64,000 nt of DNA from Lachnospiraceae bacterium (GTDB taxonomy: Bacteria > Bacillota > Clostridia > Lachnospirales > Lachnospiraceae), in NCBI GenBank assembly GCA_051879615.1, contig JBJEMI010000002.1:3524-67523 (forward strand), read 5' to 3'. The notes under the pieces were generated by a model, which was not told the DNA's origin, made no database searches, and saw nothing but the letters and a program-made list of their open reading frames with translations. Positions 28,677-38,368 of this stretch are shown in pieces. A program made the position numbers and the translations under genes. Positions within the stretch are counted from its first letter, which is position 1. Every line of letters begins with the position of its first letter.

Positions 28677-29633
28677 ATGAACCAATCAATTGCAATACCG
28701 GTAATCATTGCTTTTGTCATCAGCGTGGTTTTAGGACCGGTCATTATCCCATTTTTAAGAAAACTGAAATTCGGTCAGACAGTCAGAGATGACGGTCCTC
28801 AGTCTCATTTGAAAAAGAACGGAACGCCGACGATGGGAGGACTGATCTTCCTGATCAGTGTCATTCTGACCTGCTGTATCTATATGAAAGACTATCCGAA
28901 AATCATACCGGTTCTTTTTGTGACAGTCGGCTTCGGTATTGTCGGATTTTTGGATGACTATATAAAGATTGTACTGAAGCGCTCGGAAGGGCTGACACCG
29001 CTTCAGAAAATGTTCGGACAGTTTCTTGTGACGGGTGTTTTCGCGGTTTACATGTACAAATATTCCGGTATTTCTCTGGAAATGATCATTCCGTTTTTCC
29101 CCGGAAAAACACTGGATCTCGGGATTCTGACAATTCCGGTCATGTTTCTTGCGATTATCGGAACGGTCAACGGTGTGAATTTTACGGACGGTCTGGACGG
29201 TCTGGCAACAAGTGTAACGATTATGGTAGCAGTATTTTTTGCTGTTGTGGCACTCGGTACAGCCAGCGGCATCTGGCCGGTGACATGTGCCGTTATCGGT
29301 GCGCTGCTGGGATTTTTGCTGTTCAACGTATATCCGGCAAGTGTTTTTATGGGAGATACAGGATCCCTGGCACTCGGAGGTTTTGTGGCAGCAACAGCTT
29401 ACATGCTTCAGATGCCGATGTTCATCCTGATCGTAGGACTGATCTACTGGATCGAGATTTTATCGGTGATCATTCAGGTTACTTACTTTAAGCTCTCCCA
29501 TGGAAAACGTATTTTCCGTATGGCACCGATTCATCATCACTTTGAACTGGGAGGATGGTCTGAAACACGTGTAGTTGCCGTATTTACGATCACAACGGCA
29601 ATTCTGTGTCTGATTGCTTTCCTGGCATTGTAG
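28677..29633 (+). CDS. mraY: phospho-N-acetylmuramoyl-pentapeptide transferase
   Basis: Ten-TM protein. Motifs PTMGG, NFTDGLDGLA, APIHHHFE. Confidence 0.95.
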   Translation: MNQSIAIPVIIAFVISVVLGPVIIPFLRKLKFGQTVRDDGPQSHLKKNGTPTMGGLIFLISVILTCCIYMKDYPKIIPVLFVTVGFGIVGFLDDYIKIVLKRSEGLTPLQKMFGQFLVTGVFAVYMYKYSGISLEMIIPFFPGKTLDLGILTIPVMFLAIIGTVNGVNFTDGLDGLATSVTIMVAVFFAVVALGTASGIWPVTCAVIGALLGFLLFNVYPASVFMGDTGSLALGGFVAATAYMLQMPMFILIVGLIYWIEILSVIIQVTYFKLSHGKRIFRMAPIHHHFELGGWSETRVVAVFTITTAILCLIAFLAL

Positions 29634-29650
29634 TTACAAAGGAGCAGAAA

Positions 29651-31006
29651 ATGGAGTTAAGAGATAAAAAAGTACTGGTATACGGTACCGGAATCAGCGG
29701 AATCAGTGCGGCTGCTTTACTGGAAGCGGCACATGCGCAGGTGATTCTCTATGATGAGAATGATAAACTGAAAAAAGAAGATGTCAAGGCAAAGCTTCCT
29801 GCAGGATCCAAAGCCAGAATTGTTCTGGGGGTGCTGGCAGAAAGCATGATCGAGAGTCTGGATCTGGTAGTTCTGAGTCCGGGGGTTCCGCTGGACCTTC
29901 CGATCATTGACGGTTTCCGTTCCCACGGAGCCGAAATCTGGGGAGAAATCGAACTGGCATACCGTCTTGCGAAGGGACGTATCGTTGCGATTACGGGAAC
30001 GAACGGCAAGACGACTACAACGACTCTTTGCGGAAATCTGATGAGTAATTTCTTTCAAAGTGTATTTGTGGTAGGAAATATCGGAAATCCATATACAGAG
30101 GCAGCTCTGCAGATGACAGAAGATACAGTGACTGTTGCTGAGATTTCCAGTTTTCAGCTGGAAACTGTTCAGGAGTTCCATCCGCAGGTAAGTGCGATCT
30201 TAAATATTACACCGGACCATTTAAACCGTCATCATACGATGGAATGTTATATTGATACAAAAGAAAAAATCACATGTAATCAGACAAAGGATGATGTGTG
30301 TGTACTGAACTATGACGATGAGGTGCTTCGAAGCTTTGGAGCAAAATGTCCGGCCGGGGTATTTTATTTCAGCCGTCTGCATAAGTTAGAGAAGGGAATT
30401 TATCTCGATGGTGATACCTTCGTATATAACGATGGGATTTCGGAGACTGCAGTCTGTAAGACAACAGATCTGAAGGTTTTAGGCAGTCATAACCATGAGA
30501 ATGTAATGGCAGCAATTGCCGTGGCGATCAGTATGAAGGTTCCGATGGAGATTATCCGGAAAACTGTCATGGAATTTACTGCGGTAGAGCACCGGATCGA
30601 GTTTGTTGCCGAGAAAAACGGAGTCGATTATTATAATGATTCCAAAGGAACAAATCCGGATGCAGCGATCAAGGGGATCCAGGCGATGAACCGGAAAACA
30701 GTTCTGATCGGCGGCGGTTATGACAAAGGCTCCGAGTTTGATGAATGGATCGAAAGCTTTGATGGTAAGGTGACCTGGCTGGTTCTGCTCGGTGCTACGA
30801 GAGAAAAAATTGCAGAGTGTGCAAGAAAACACGGTTTCCATAATATTATTTTAACAGACTCTCTGGAAGAAGCCGTACAGGTCAGCGCCGGGAAAGCTTT
30901 GCCGGGAGAAGCTGTTTTGCTCTCTCCTGCCTGTGCCAGCTGGGGAATGTTTGACAATTATGAACAGCGGGGCAGGATTTTTAAAGAATTAGTAAGAAAA
31001 TTATAG
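29651..31006 (+). CDS. murD: UDP-N-acetylmuramoylalanine--D-glutamate ligase
   Basis: ATG after AAAGGAGCAGAAA. VLVYGTGISG and ITGTNGKTTTT P-loop. Confidence 0.95.
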   Translation: MELRDKKVLVYGTGISGISAAALLEAAHAQVILYDENDKLKKEDVKAKLPAGSKARIVLGVLAESMIESLDLVVLSPGVPLDLPIIDGFRSHGAEIWGEIELAYRLAKGRIVAITGTNGKTTTTTLCGNLMSNFFQSVFVVGNIGNPYTEAALQMTEDTVTVAEISSFQLETVQEFHPQVSAILNITPDHLNRHHTMECYIDTKEKITCNQTKDDVCVLNYDDEVLRSFGAKCPAGVFYFSRLHKLEKGIYLDGDTFVYNDGISETAVCKTTDLKVLGSHNHENVMAAIAVAISMKVPMEIIRKTVMEFTAVEHRIEFVAEKNGVDYYNDSKGTNPDAAIKGIQAMNRKTVLIGGGYDKGSEFDEWIESFDGKVTWLVLLGATREKIAECARKHGFHNIILTDSLEEAVQVSAGKALPGEAVLLSPACASWGMFDNYEQRGRIFKELVRKL

Positions 31007-31018
31007 GAGTGGAACTCT

Positions 31019-32116
31019 ATGAAAAAATCAGGGGCCGGAACAAAAAGTGTGGATTTTCCATTACTGATCATTGTTCTGGCTCTGGTTCTGTTCGGATTGG
31101 TCATGCTTTACAGCACGAGTTCCTATAACGGACTGGTACGATTCGGAGATTCCTTTTATTATCTGAAAAAACAGTTTTTCGCGACAAGCCTGGGGCTGGC
31201 CGTCATGTATGCCGTAGCAAATACGGACTATCATGTGTGGGCAGCTTTTTCTTATATAGGATACGGACTTTCTGCACTGCTTTCTACTGCAGTTCTCTTT
31301 TTCGGAAAGGAATATAACGGATCCAAACGCTGGCTGGCGCTGGGGCCGCTTTCGTTTCAGCCGTCGGAGTTTGCCAAAGTGGCACTGATCGTGTTTCTGG
31401 CATATCTGGTCAGCAGGCAGGGAAAGAAAATCCTGAAGCTGCGTTATATGTTTCTGATTATTTTGAGTGTGCTTCCGATCGTGGGGCTGGTAGGAACCAA
31501 CAATCTGAGTACGGCGATCATCATTCTCGGGATAGCGGTGGTGCTGATCTTTACGGCAAGTCCGAAATATATGCAGTTTATTGTGATCGGAGCATTGGGA
31601 ATCGGATTTCTGGCAGTCTTTCTGGGGTTGGAAAGCTATCGGCTGGAACGGCTGGCAATCTGGCTGAATCCGGAAAAATATGAAAAAGGCTATCAGACAC
31701 TGCAGGGACTATATGCGATCGGTTCGGGCAGGCTTTTTGGTGTGGGATTCGGAAACAGCAAGCAGAAGCTGGGATTTGTGCCCGAGGCACAGAATGATAT
31801 GATCTTTTCGATCATCTGCGAGGAACTGGGAGTTTTCGGAGCATTTGCGCTGATTTTTCTGTTTGCGCTGCTGATCTGGCGACTGATGGTGATTGCAAGC
31901 CATACGAAAGATCTGTATGGATCTCTTCTGGTATCCGGAATCATGGCTCATATTATGATTCAGGTCATACTGAATATTGCGGTTGTGACCAATTCGATTC
32001 CGAATACGGGCATTACGCTGCCATTTGTCAGTTATGGAGGAACATCCGTTCTGTTTTTGTTGGCTGAGATGGGAATCGCTCTGAATGTATCCATGGAAAT
32101 AAAAAAGGAACATTAG
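31019..32116 (+). CDS. ftsW: SEDS-family peptidoglycan glycosyltransferase FtsW/SpoVE
   Basis: Polytopic. SFQPSEFAKV and FVSYGGTS motifs. Position after murD. Confidence 0.9.
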   Translation: MKKSGAGTKSVDFPLLIIVLALVLFGLVMLYSTSSYNGLVRFGDSFYYLKKQFFATSLGLAVMYAVANTDYHVWAAFSYIGYGLSALLSTAVLFFGKEYNGSKRWLALGPLSFQPSEFAKVALIVFLAYLVSRQGKKILKLRYMFLIILSVLPIVGLVGTNNLSTAIIILGIAVVLIFTASPKYMQFIVIGALGIGFLAVFLGLESYRLERLAIWLNPEKYEKGYQTLQGLYAIGSGRLFGVGFGNSKQKLGFVPEAQNDMIFSIICEELGVFGAFALIFLFALLIWRLMVIASHTKDLYGSLLVSGIMAHIMIQVILNIAVVTNSIPNTGITLPFVSYGGTSVLFLLAEMGIALNVSMEIKKEH

Positions 32117-32168
32117 AAAAGCTGTATGCATAGAATAAAATGAACGTTTTTTTGGCGGAGGATGTCCC

Positions 32169-33443
32169 TTGAAAATCATTGAACTGGAAGGAAAGCATAA
32201 ACTGGAGGGGTCGGTAAATATTCAGGGGAGTAAGAATGCGGTTCTGCCGATTCTTTCGGCCTGTGTTTTAAACGAGGGAGTCAATATCCTGCATGGATGT
32301 CCGAAAATCAGGGATGTGGAAATGATGCTGGATATTTTACAGGAAGCGGGGGCAAAGGTCTGCTGGCAGGATCATACACTGCTGATCGATACTTCCGTGA
32401 TGAATCCGGTAGCTTTAAAAGAAAAGACAGGGTGTATGAGGGCCTCGATCATGCTGCTCGGAAGCTTTCTGGGCAGATTCGGAAGGGCGGTGCTGGGGTA
32501 TCCGGGCGGCTGCCATATCGGAAAACGTCCGATCGATCTGCATGAGCTTTCCTTAAGTGCAATGGGAGCGGTTTTTCATGAAGAAGAGGATTTTTTAGAG
32601 GCTGAGTGCACAAAACTGGAAGGGTGTGACATCTATCTGCCGTATCCGAGCGTGGGAGTTACGGAGAATCTTCTGCTGGCAGGAGCCACAGCTTCGGGGA
32701 TGACCAGAATCTTCGGTGCGGCGAGAGAACCGGAAATTGTGGAGCTGTGCAGATTTCTGAAAAGTATGGGTGTGCAGATCTATGGTCTGGGTACGAACAG
32801 ACTGTTTGTTATGGGAAACAGTCACTTTCATAACACGGAATTTACAGTGGCAAGAGACCGGATCGTTGCCGGTACCTATCTGCTGGCATGCGCAGGAGCG
32901 GGAGGAGAGATTCTGCTGCGGAATGCTCCCTTGGAGTCCATGCAGAGTACGGTCTCAGTATTGAACGGTCTGGGAGCTGAATTAAAAAGAGACGGATGTG
33001 ATGTACGGATGAAAATGAAAAAAAGACCCTGTTCGATTCCGTTTCTGGCTACGGCACCTTATCCGGGATTCCCTACGGATCTTCAGTCTCCGCTGCTGGC
33101 TGCGCTGTGCACTGCAAACGGCAGCAGCTGCATGGAGGAACGGGTATTTGAGAACCGTTTTCTGATCGTGGAAGAACTTGTAAAAATGGGAGCGGACGTG
33201 CGGACGGAGTATCGGCGTGTATGTATCAGAGGAGTCGGGACACTGCAGGGAGGATGTGTCTGTGCCAGAGAACTTCGCGGCGGTGCGGCCCTTGTGATCG
33301 CCGGACTGGAAGCGGAAGGAATGACAACGGTGGAACATGCGGAGATCATTGAGAGGGGCTATGAGAATATTACAGCAGATCTGGAATTGCTCGGAGCCAT
33401 GATAAAGTGTTATGAAAGTAGTGCAAGCTATGAGAAAATGTGA
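32169..33443 (+). CDS. murA: UDP-N-acetylglucosamine 1-carboxyvinyltransferase
   Basis: TTG start after GGAGGATGTCCC. Motif QGSKNAVLPIL and active-site Cys context GGCHIGKRPIDLH. Confidence 0.9.
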   Translation: MKIIELEGKHKLEGSVNIQGSKNAVLPILSACVLNEGVNILHGCPKIRDVEMMLDILQEAGAKVCWQDHTLLIDTSVMNPVALKEKTGCMRASIMLLGSFLGRFGRAVLGYPGGCHIGKRPIDLHELSLSAMGAVFHEEEDFLEAECTKLEGCDIYLPYPSVGVTENLLLAGATASGMTRIFGAAREPEIVELCRFLKSMGVQIYGLGTNRLFVMGNSHFHNTEFTVARDRIVAGTYLLACAGAGGEILLRNAPLESMQSTVSVLNGLGAELKRDGCDVRMKMKKRPCSIPFLATAPYPGFPTDLQSPLLAALCTANGSSCMEERVFENRFLIVEELVKMGADVRTEYRRVCIRGVGTLQGGCVCARELRGGAALVIAGLEAEGMTTVEHAEIIERGYENITADLELLGAMIKCYESSASYEKM

Positions 33444-33484
33444 TACACTTAATTTCACTGAAAAATTAGCCAAAGGAAAAAAAG

Positions 33485-34234
33485 ATGAGAAAAAACAGGA
33501 CCGGTTTTAAGAAAATAAATAAAAAATGGAAGATTGCAGGGGTTGTGCTGCTGGTGCTTCTGTCCGGGATGCTGATCCTCTCTTCCGTATTTCGTGTAAC
33601 AGAGGCGGAAATTACCGGAAATTCCTATTATACAGAGGATGAGATCAGGGAGATCGTACTCGGTAAAGACGGAAGCTGTAATGGTTTATCTCTGATGTTC
33701 CGGTATAAATATATGGGAGGTGAAGAGATTCCCTTCATTGATAATCTGGAAGTGAGCATGAAGGACAGAAATACGGTGAAGATCCGAGTATATGAAAAAT
33801 CAGTCATCGGATATGTGGAATATATGGGAGTGCACCTTTATTTTGACAAAGATGGTACGGTCATCGAGAGTTCTTCCAGGGAACTGCCGGGAGTCTCGTG
33901 TATCAAAGGTCTGGAGTTTGATACATTGAGGCTGTATGAGCCGCTGAATGTTCAGGATGAAAAGATTTTTCAGCTGATTCTTTCCGTAACGCAGCTGATG
34001 AAAAAGTATGAGCTTACACCGGATCTGATCGCATTCCATGATTCCAAAGAAATCATGCTTACCTTTGAAAACGTCAGGGTGAATCTGGGAAAAGGAGAAA
34101 ATCTGGATGAAAGAGTGGCAACTGTCAGCACGCTGATGCCGGATCTGGAAGGAAGAAGCGGAGTACTTCATATGGAAGAATATACAAAAGAAAATACGAG
34201 TATTTCATTTATTATAGATAAGGCGGGAAATTAA
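33485..34234 (+). CDS. ftsQ: FtsQ/DivIB-type cell division protein (POTRA domain)
   Basis: Bitopic (TM AGVVLLVLLSGMLIL), followed by the POTRA-like segment FRVTEAEITGNSYYTEDEI. Position immediately upstream of ftsZ. Confidence 0.75.
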   Translation: MRKNRTGFKKINKKWKIAGVVLLVLLSGMLILSSVFRVTEAEITGNSYYTEDEIREIVLGKDGSCNGLSLMFRYKYMGGEEIPFIDNLEVSMKDRNTVKIRVYEKSVIGYVEYMGVHLYFDKDGTVIESSSRELPGVSCIKGLEFDTLRLYEPLNVQDEKIFQLILSVTQLMKKYELTPDLIAFHDSKEIMLTFENVRVNLGKGENLDERVATVSTLMPDLEGRSGVLHMEEYTKENTSISFIIDKAGN

Positions 34235-34267
34235 TTAGAAGAAATTAAGAGAAAAGTAAAAATGCGC

Positions 34268-34296
34268 TTGATTAATTAGAAGAAAACGGATAATAT
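34268..34296 (+). promoter_or_regulatory. sigma-A-type promoter candidate for ftsZ
   Basis: TTGATT, 17-nt spacer, TAATAT. Confidence 0.5.
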
Positions 34297-34310
34297 AGAA
34301 TGGTGCAAGG

Positions 34311-34342
34311 TGCATTTTCGTATATTTATAAACGAAAATGCA
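34311..34342 (+). other. stable hairpin in the ftsZ 5' leader (no U-tract)
   Basis: TGCATTTTCGT / ACGAAAATGCA 11-bp perfect stem with a 10-nt AT loop, 19 nt upstream of the AGGAGG RBS. Confidence 0.5.
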
Positions 34343-34375
34343 TAGAGGAGTCGTACAAAAAGGAGGAACAGTGTT

Positions 34376-35533
34376 TTGTTAGAAATTATGACAAATGAAG
34401 CAGAATCTGCAGCAAGAATTATTGTGATCGGTGTCGGCGGTGCAGGTAATAATGCTGTTAATCGAATGATAGATGAACAAATCGGCGGAGTGGAGTTTAT
34501 CGGTATTAATACGGATAAACAGGCTTTGAATTTATGCAAGGCTGCAAATACTCTTCAGATTGGTGAAAAACTTACAAAAGGACTTGGAGCAGGCGCAAAG
34601 CCTGAGATTGGTGAAAAAGCAGCGGAAGAAAATATTGAAGAGATCAAAGATGCCTTAAAAGGTGCTGACATGGTTTTCGTTACCTGCGGTATGGGCGGCG
34701 GAACCGGTACAGGAGCGGCTCCGGTTGTGGCAAAAGCAGCAAAGGATATGGGCATTCTGACGGTTGGTGTTGTTACAAAACCATTTAAATTTGAAGCAAG
34801 AACAAGAATGGCAAATGCGGTTGCAGGAATCGAAAGATTAAAAGACAGTGTTGATACACTGATCGTCATTCCGAATGATAAATTACTGGAAATCGTAGAC
34901 AGAAGAACTACTATGCCGGAAGCGCTGAAAAAAGCGGATGAAGTACTCCAGCAGGCAGTTCAGGGAATTACGGACCTGATCAATCTGCCGGCTCTGATCA
35001 ATCTGGACTTTGCAGATGTTCAGACTGTTATGACAGACAAAGGAATTGCACACATCGGTATCGGCAGTGCAAAGGGTGATGAAAAGGCACTGGAAGCAGT
35101 GAAACAGGCAGTTGCCTCTCCGCTGCTGGAAACAACGATCTCAGGTGCTTCTCATGTAATTATCAATGTATCCGGAGACATTTCTCTGATGGATGCAAAT
35201 GAAGCTGCAAGCTATGTTCAGGATATGGCGGGTGAAGACGCCAACATTATCTTCGGTGCGATGTACGACGATACATATACAGACGAATGCAGTATCACTG
35301 TAATTGCAACAGGTCTGGAGGCAAATGTGGCAGGTACTCAGAAAGTGATTCCTTCCATGAGCGGTGTATCTTTAGGCTCAGCACAGAGATCGAACATCCA
35401 GCCTTCTGTTCAGGCAACACAGGGTGTGAAGTTTGACAGCAAGCCGTTCCCTGGAATCGTAACGCCAAAGGTACAGGCTCCGGAAGAGCAGGAAATCAAG
35501 ATTCCGCTGTTCCTTCAGAAAAACAGAAAATAA
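34376..35533 (+). CDS. ftsZ: cell division GTPase FtsZ
   Basis: TTG 9 nt after [16 protein letters not shown] and [11 protein letters not shown] tubulin signature. C-terminal peptide IKIPLFLQK. Confidence 0.97.
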   Translation: MLEIMTNEAESAARIIVIGVGGAGNNAVNRMIDEQIGGVEFIGINTDKQALNLCKAANTLQIGEKLTKGLGAGAKPEIGEKAAEENIEEIKDALKGADMVFVTCGMGGGTGTGAAPVVAKAAKDMGILTVGVVTKPFKFEARTRMANAVAGIERLKDSVDTLIVIPNDKLLEIVDRRTTMPEALKKADEVLQQAVQGITDLINLPALINLDFADVQTVMTDKGIAHIGIGSAKGDEKALEAVKQAVASPLLETTISGASHVIINVSGDISLMDANEAASYVQDMAGEDANIIFGAMYDDTYTDECSITVIATGLEANVAGTQKVIPSMSGVSLGSAQRSNIQPSVQATQGVKFDSKPFPGIVTPKVQAPEEQEIKIPLFLQKNRK

Positions 35534-35543
35534 TGAGATGAAA

Positions 35544-35572
35544 AAAGCTGTCGCGCTGCGGCAGCTTTTAAA
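35544..35572. terminator. bidirectional terminator between convergent ftsZ and aroE
   Basis: AAAGCTGTCGC / GCGGCAGCTTT stem (one G-U pair), flanked by an A-run and a T-rich run. Confidence 0.7.
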
Positions 35573-35583
35573 TTTGTCTGAAT

Positions 35584-36453
35584 TCAGGAAAACAGTCTGC
35601 TCCTGACAAGATCCACGGGCATTTCCCGACCGGTCCAGAGTTCAAAGGCGGCAGCACCCTGATAGAGCAGCATATACATACCGTTAAAACAGGAAAGTCC
35701 GGCCTCTTTTGCCATTGTAAGAAGCTTTGTTTCTCCCGGATTATATATGACATCAGAGACGATCAGTTCGGGATGAAAATAGGAACTGTCAGGGATCAGA
35801 CACGCATCTGTGTTTGGTACCATACCCACAGAGGAGGCATTGACAAGAATCGCACTTTCGGAAACAGATGCTCTGAGCGCGTGCTCGTCAGCCAGCTCAT
35901 TTAATGTGACCTGACAGCCTGTTTTTTTCAGGATCAGCTGAATCTCCTGTTCGATCGCATGGTAGGAGTTTCCTTTCCTGGCAAAGACATTGATTTTTGC
36001 AACCCCGTCTAATGCGGCCTGTGCAAGGATTGCGGAAGAAGCGCCGCCGGAACCGAGGAGTGTCATTGTCTTTCCGATGATCCGGTGTCCGGCATCTTCC
36101 ACTGATTTCATATAGCCGATCCCGTCGGTATTGTGGCCTTTGAATTTCCCGTCTTCAATCACAACGGTGTTGACAGCGTTCATAAGCACTGCGGCATCCG
36201 AAAGTTCGTCACATCGATCTGCCATCAGCCGTTTGCATGGCATGGTGCAGTTAAAACCACGGGCATTGACACTTTTTAAGGTTTCCAGTGTATGATCAAT
36301 GGTAGATGCATCTGTTGGAAAAGCCAGGTAAACATAGTCCAGTCCCAGCTCCTGAAAAGAAAGATTGTGCATGGCAGGTGAAATGCTGTGTGCTACGGGG
36401 TTTCCGAGCAGACAGAGCATACGGGTGTGTCCGGTAATTGTTGTTTTCATCAT
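35584..36453 (-). CDS. aroE: shikimate dehydrogenase (AroE/YdiB family)
   Basis: Motifs GNPVAHSISPAMHN, NCTMPCK, GHNTDG, LLGSGGASSAI. ATG after ACGGAG. Confidence 0.9.
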   Translation of the reverse strand: MMKTTITGHTRMLCLLGNPVAHSISPAMHNLSFQELGLDYVYLAFPTDASTIDHTLETLKSVNARGFNCTMPCKRLMADRCDELSDAAVLMNAVNTVVIEDGKFKGHNTDGIGYMKSVEDAGHRIIGKTMTLLGSGGASSAILAQAALDGVAKINVFARKGNSYHAIEQEIQLILKKTGCQVTLNELADEHALRASVSESAILVNASSVGMVPNTDACLIPDSSYFHPELIVSDVIYNPGETKLLTMAKEAGLSCFNGMYMLLYQGAAAFELWTGREMPVDLVRSRLFS

Positions 36454-36599
36454 AAAGCTCCGTTTCAAATGTTTTGCTTTATTCTAAGGCAATATTTTTT
36501 CCATGTCAAATATTGCACTTTCACGGGAAAAAGCATATACTAAAAACATGTGTACTTATCGGGCAGCAGTCCGCTGAGAGTTTTGTAAGGAGAAGGGTC

Positions 36600-37367
36600 A
36601 TGAAACAAGTAGTAACGGTGCGTAATCTGAAAATAGGAGAGGGAATGCCTAAAATCTGTGTTCCGATTATAGCAGAGACAGAAGAAGAAATCCTGAGAAA
36701 GGCAGAAGAAATCTTAACTTATCCGGTCGATCTGATCGAATGGCGTGTGGATTTTTTTGAGAATGCTTATAATCTGGAAGCTGTAGAAGCTGTTCTTTCC
36801 GGACTGAGAGAGATTCTTGGTGAAACACCGCTGCTGTTTACATTCCGCACAGAAAAACAGGGCGGATGTAAGGATATGGTATCCCAGGATTATTTTGCGC
36901 TGAATCTGGCAGTAGCTATGTACGGATGTGTGGATCTGATCGATCTGGAAATCTATCAGGATCTGGAACGGGCAGAAAATGTGATCGCGATGCTTCACGG
37001 AGCGGGAATCAAGGTCATTGCATCCCATCATGATTTCGACAAAACACCGACGAGATCGGAAATTATGGAGAAACTGTCGAAAATGGAAGAACTGGGAGCG
37101 GATATTCTGAAGATTGCTGTCATGCCGAATGAGATCGGTGATGTGGCAAGACTTCTGAAAATCACCGGAAGAACAAGCATCAACATGGAAAAACCACTGG
37201 TGACAATGGCAATGGGGGAGATGGGAATGGTTACCCGTATTGCAGGAGAATCGTTTGGCTCGGACATTACCTTCGGTTCGATCGGAGAAACCTCTGCGCC
37301 GGGGCAGTTACAGGTGGAAGACCTTAGAAAAGTGCTGGAAATACTACATAAATATCATGAGAAATAA
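36600..37367 (+). CDS. aroD: type I 3-dehydroquinate dehydratase
   Basis: ATG after AAGGAGAAGGGTC. PKICVPI, IEWRVDFF, ILKIAVMP (catalytic Lys context). Confidence 0.9.
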   Translation: MKQVVTVRNLKIGEGMPKICVPIIAETEEEILRKAEEILTYPVDLIEWRVDFFENAYNLEAVEAVLSGLREILGETPLLFTFRTEKQGGCKDMVSQDYFALNLAVAMYGCVDLIDLEIYQDLERAENVIAMLHGAGIKVIASHHDFDKTPTRSEIMEKLSKMEELGADILKIAVMPNEIGDVARLLKITGRTSINMEKPLVTMAMGEMGMVTRIAGESFGSDITFGSIGETSAPGQLQVEDLRKVLEILHKYHEK

Positions 37368-37377
37368 ATAACGGATC

Positions 37378-37412
37378 AAAAGCCGATGCAGGGAAATGCA
37401 TCGGCTTTTTTG
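37378..37412 (+). terminator. intrinsic terminator after aroD
   Basis: AGCCGATGCA / TGCATCGGCT 10-bp stem with a 6-nt loop, followed by TTTTTT. Confidence 0.8.
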
Positions 37413-37454
37413 TCGCTAAGGAACGATGAAAACCAAATATCATCCAAACACTAT

Positions 37455-37487
37455 CTGACAAATAATGAAAACATCTTCCCGTATAAT
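37455..37487 (+). promoter_or_regulatory. spoIIG-type promoter candidate with an over-long spacer
   Basis: CTGACA, 21-nt spacer, perfect TATAAT. 0A-box-like TGTCGCT at 37411-37417 and TCTGACA overlapping the -35. Confidence 0.45.
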
Positions 37488-37515
37488 GGGGATACCCAAA
37501 AGGAGAGAGACCGAA

Positions 37516-38355
37516 ATGCATTATGAAATATATCCGGATACATTATTTTTGGAAAATCTGCTCTGTAATCTGCTGTTTCTCGGGATTGTGAAAAGATGTC
37601 TGGTCCATGCCGTCACATGGAAAGAATGTATTTTTGCGGCAGTTCTGACAGCGGCAGTCAATACAGTCGGTTCCATTTTATGTTTCAGACATTTCTGGAT
37701 CCTCCAGTCAGGAATCCTGTTTCCTGTATCGGGAATGATGGTCTGTTACTGCATGCAGATTCGGGAATGGAGAAGAATCCTGTATATGATCGTTCAGTTT
37801 GCGGGACTCGGACTGATTTTGGGAGGACTCATTGAGTTCGCGGAACAATGGACAGAGCTTCGGATGTATATCGTGCTGCTTGTCTTATTGTTCTTTGGCA
37901 TAACTGCCGGAATTATGGAAAGGCTTATAAAACATTATCGCAGACAGGATGCTTCCATGAGGAAAGTCGTCATTTATCTGAACCGGAAATGCAGCAGTAT
38001 CAGAGGGTTTGCGGATACCGGAAATCAGCTGATTGATCCCGTGAGCAAAAAACCGGTATGCATTCTTGAATACGATGCATTGGAAAAAATATTAACGACA
38101 CGTCAGAAATATGAAATCACAGAGCTGCTGGACTTCGGAATGCCCTTGGAACCGGAAAATTATCGGTATCATTACATTCCATTTCAGAGTCTGGGAACCG
38201 GAAACGGGATGGTGCTCGGAATGGAACTGGATTGTATGACAGTTTTGAATGCCGGGCAGATCAGAGTGATTGAAAAACCAATGATAGGCATTACGAGACA
38301 GAAGTTTGCAGGACTTTTCCACTATTCTATTTTACTTCACAATGATTACTGTTAG
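37516..38355 (+). CDS. spoIIGA: sigma-E processing peptidase SpoIIGA
   Basis: ATG after AAAAGGAGAGAGACCGAA. Five N-terminal TM segments. Aspartic protease motif [12 protein letters not shown]. Lies directly upstream of sigE. Confidence 0.85.
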   Translation: MHYEIYPDTLFLENLLCNLLFLGIVKRCLVHAVTWKECIFAAVLTAAVNTVGSILCFRHFWILQSGILFPVSGMMVCYCMQIREWRRILYMIVQFAGLGLILGGLIEFAEQWTELRMYIVLLVLLFFGITAGIMERLIKHYRRQDASMRKVVIYLNRKCSSIRGFADTGNQLIDPVSKKPVCILEYDALEKILTTRQKYEITELLDFGMPLEPENYRYHYIPFQSLGTGNGMVLGMELDCMTVLNAGQIRVIEKPMIGITRQKFAGLFHYSILLHNDYC

Positions 38356-38368
38356 GGGAGGAAATCAA

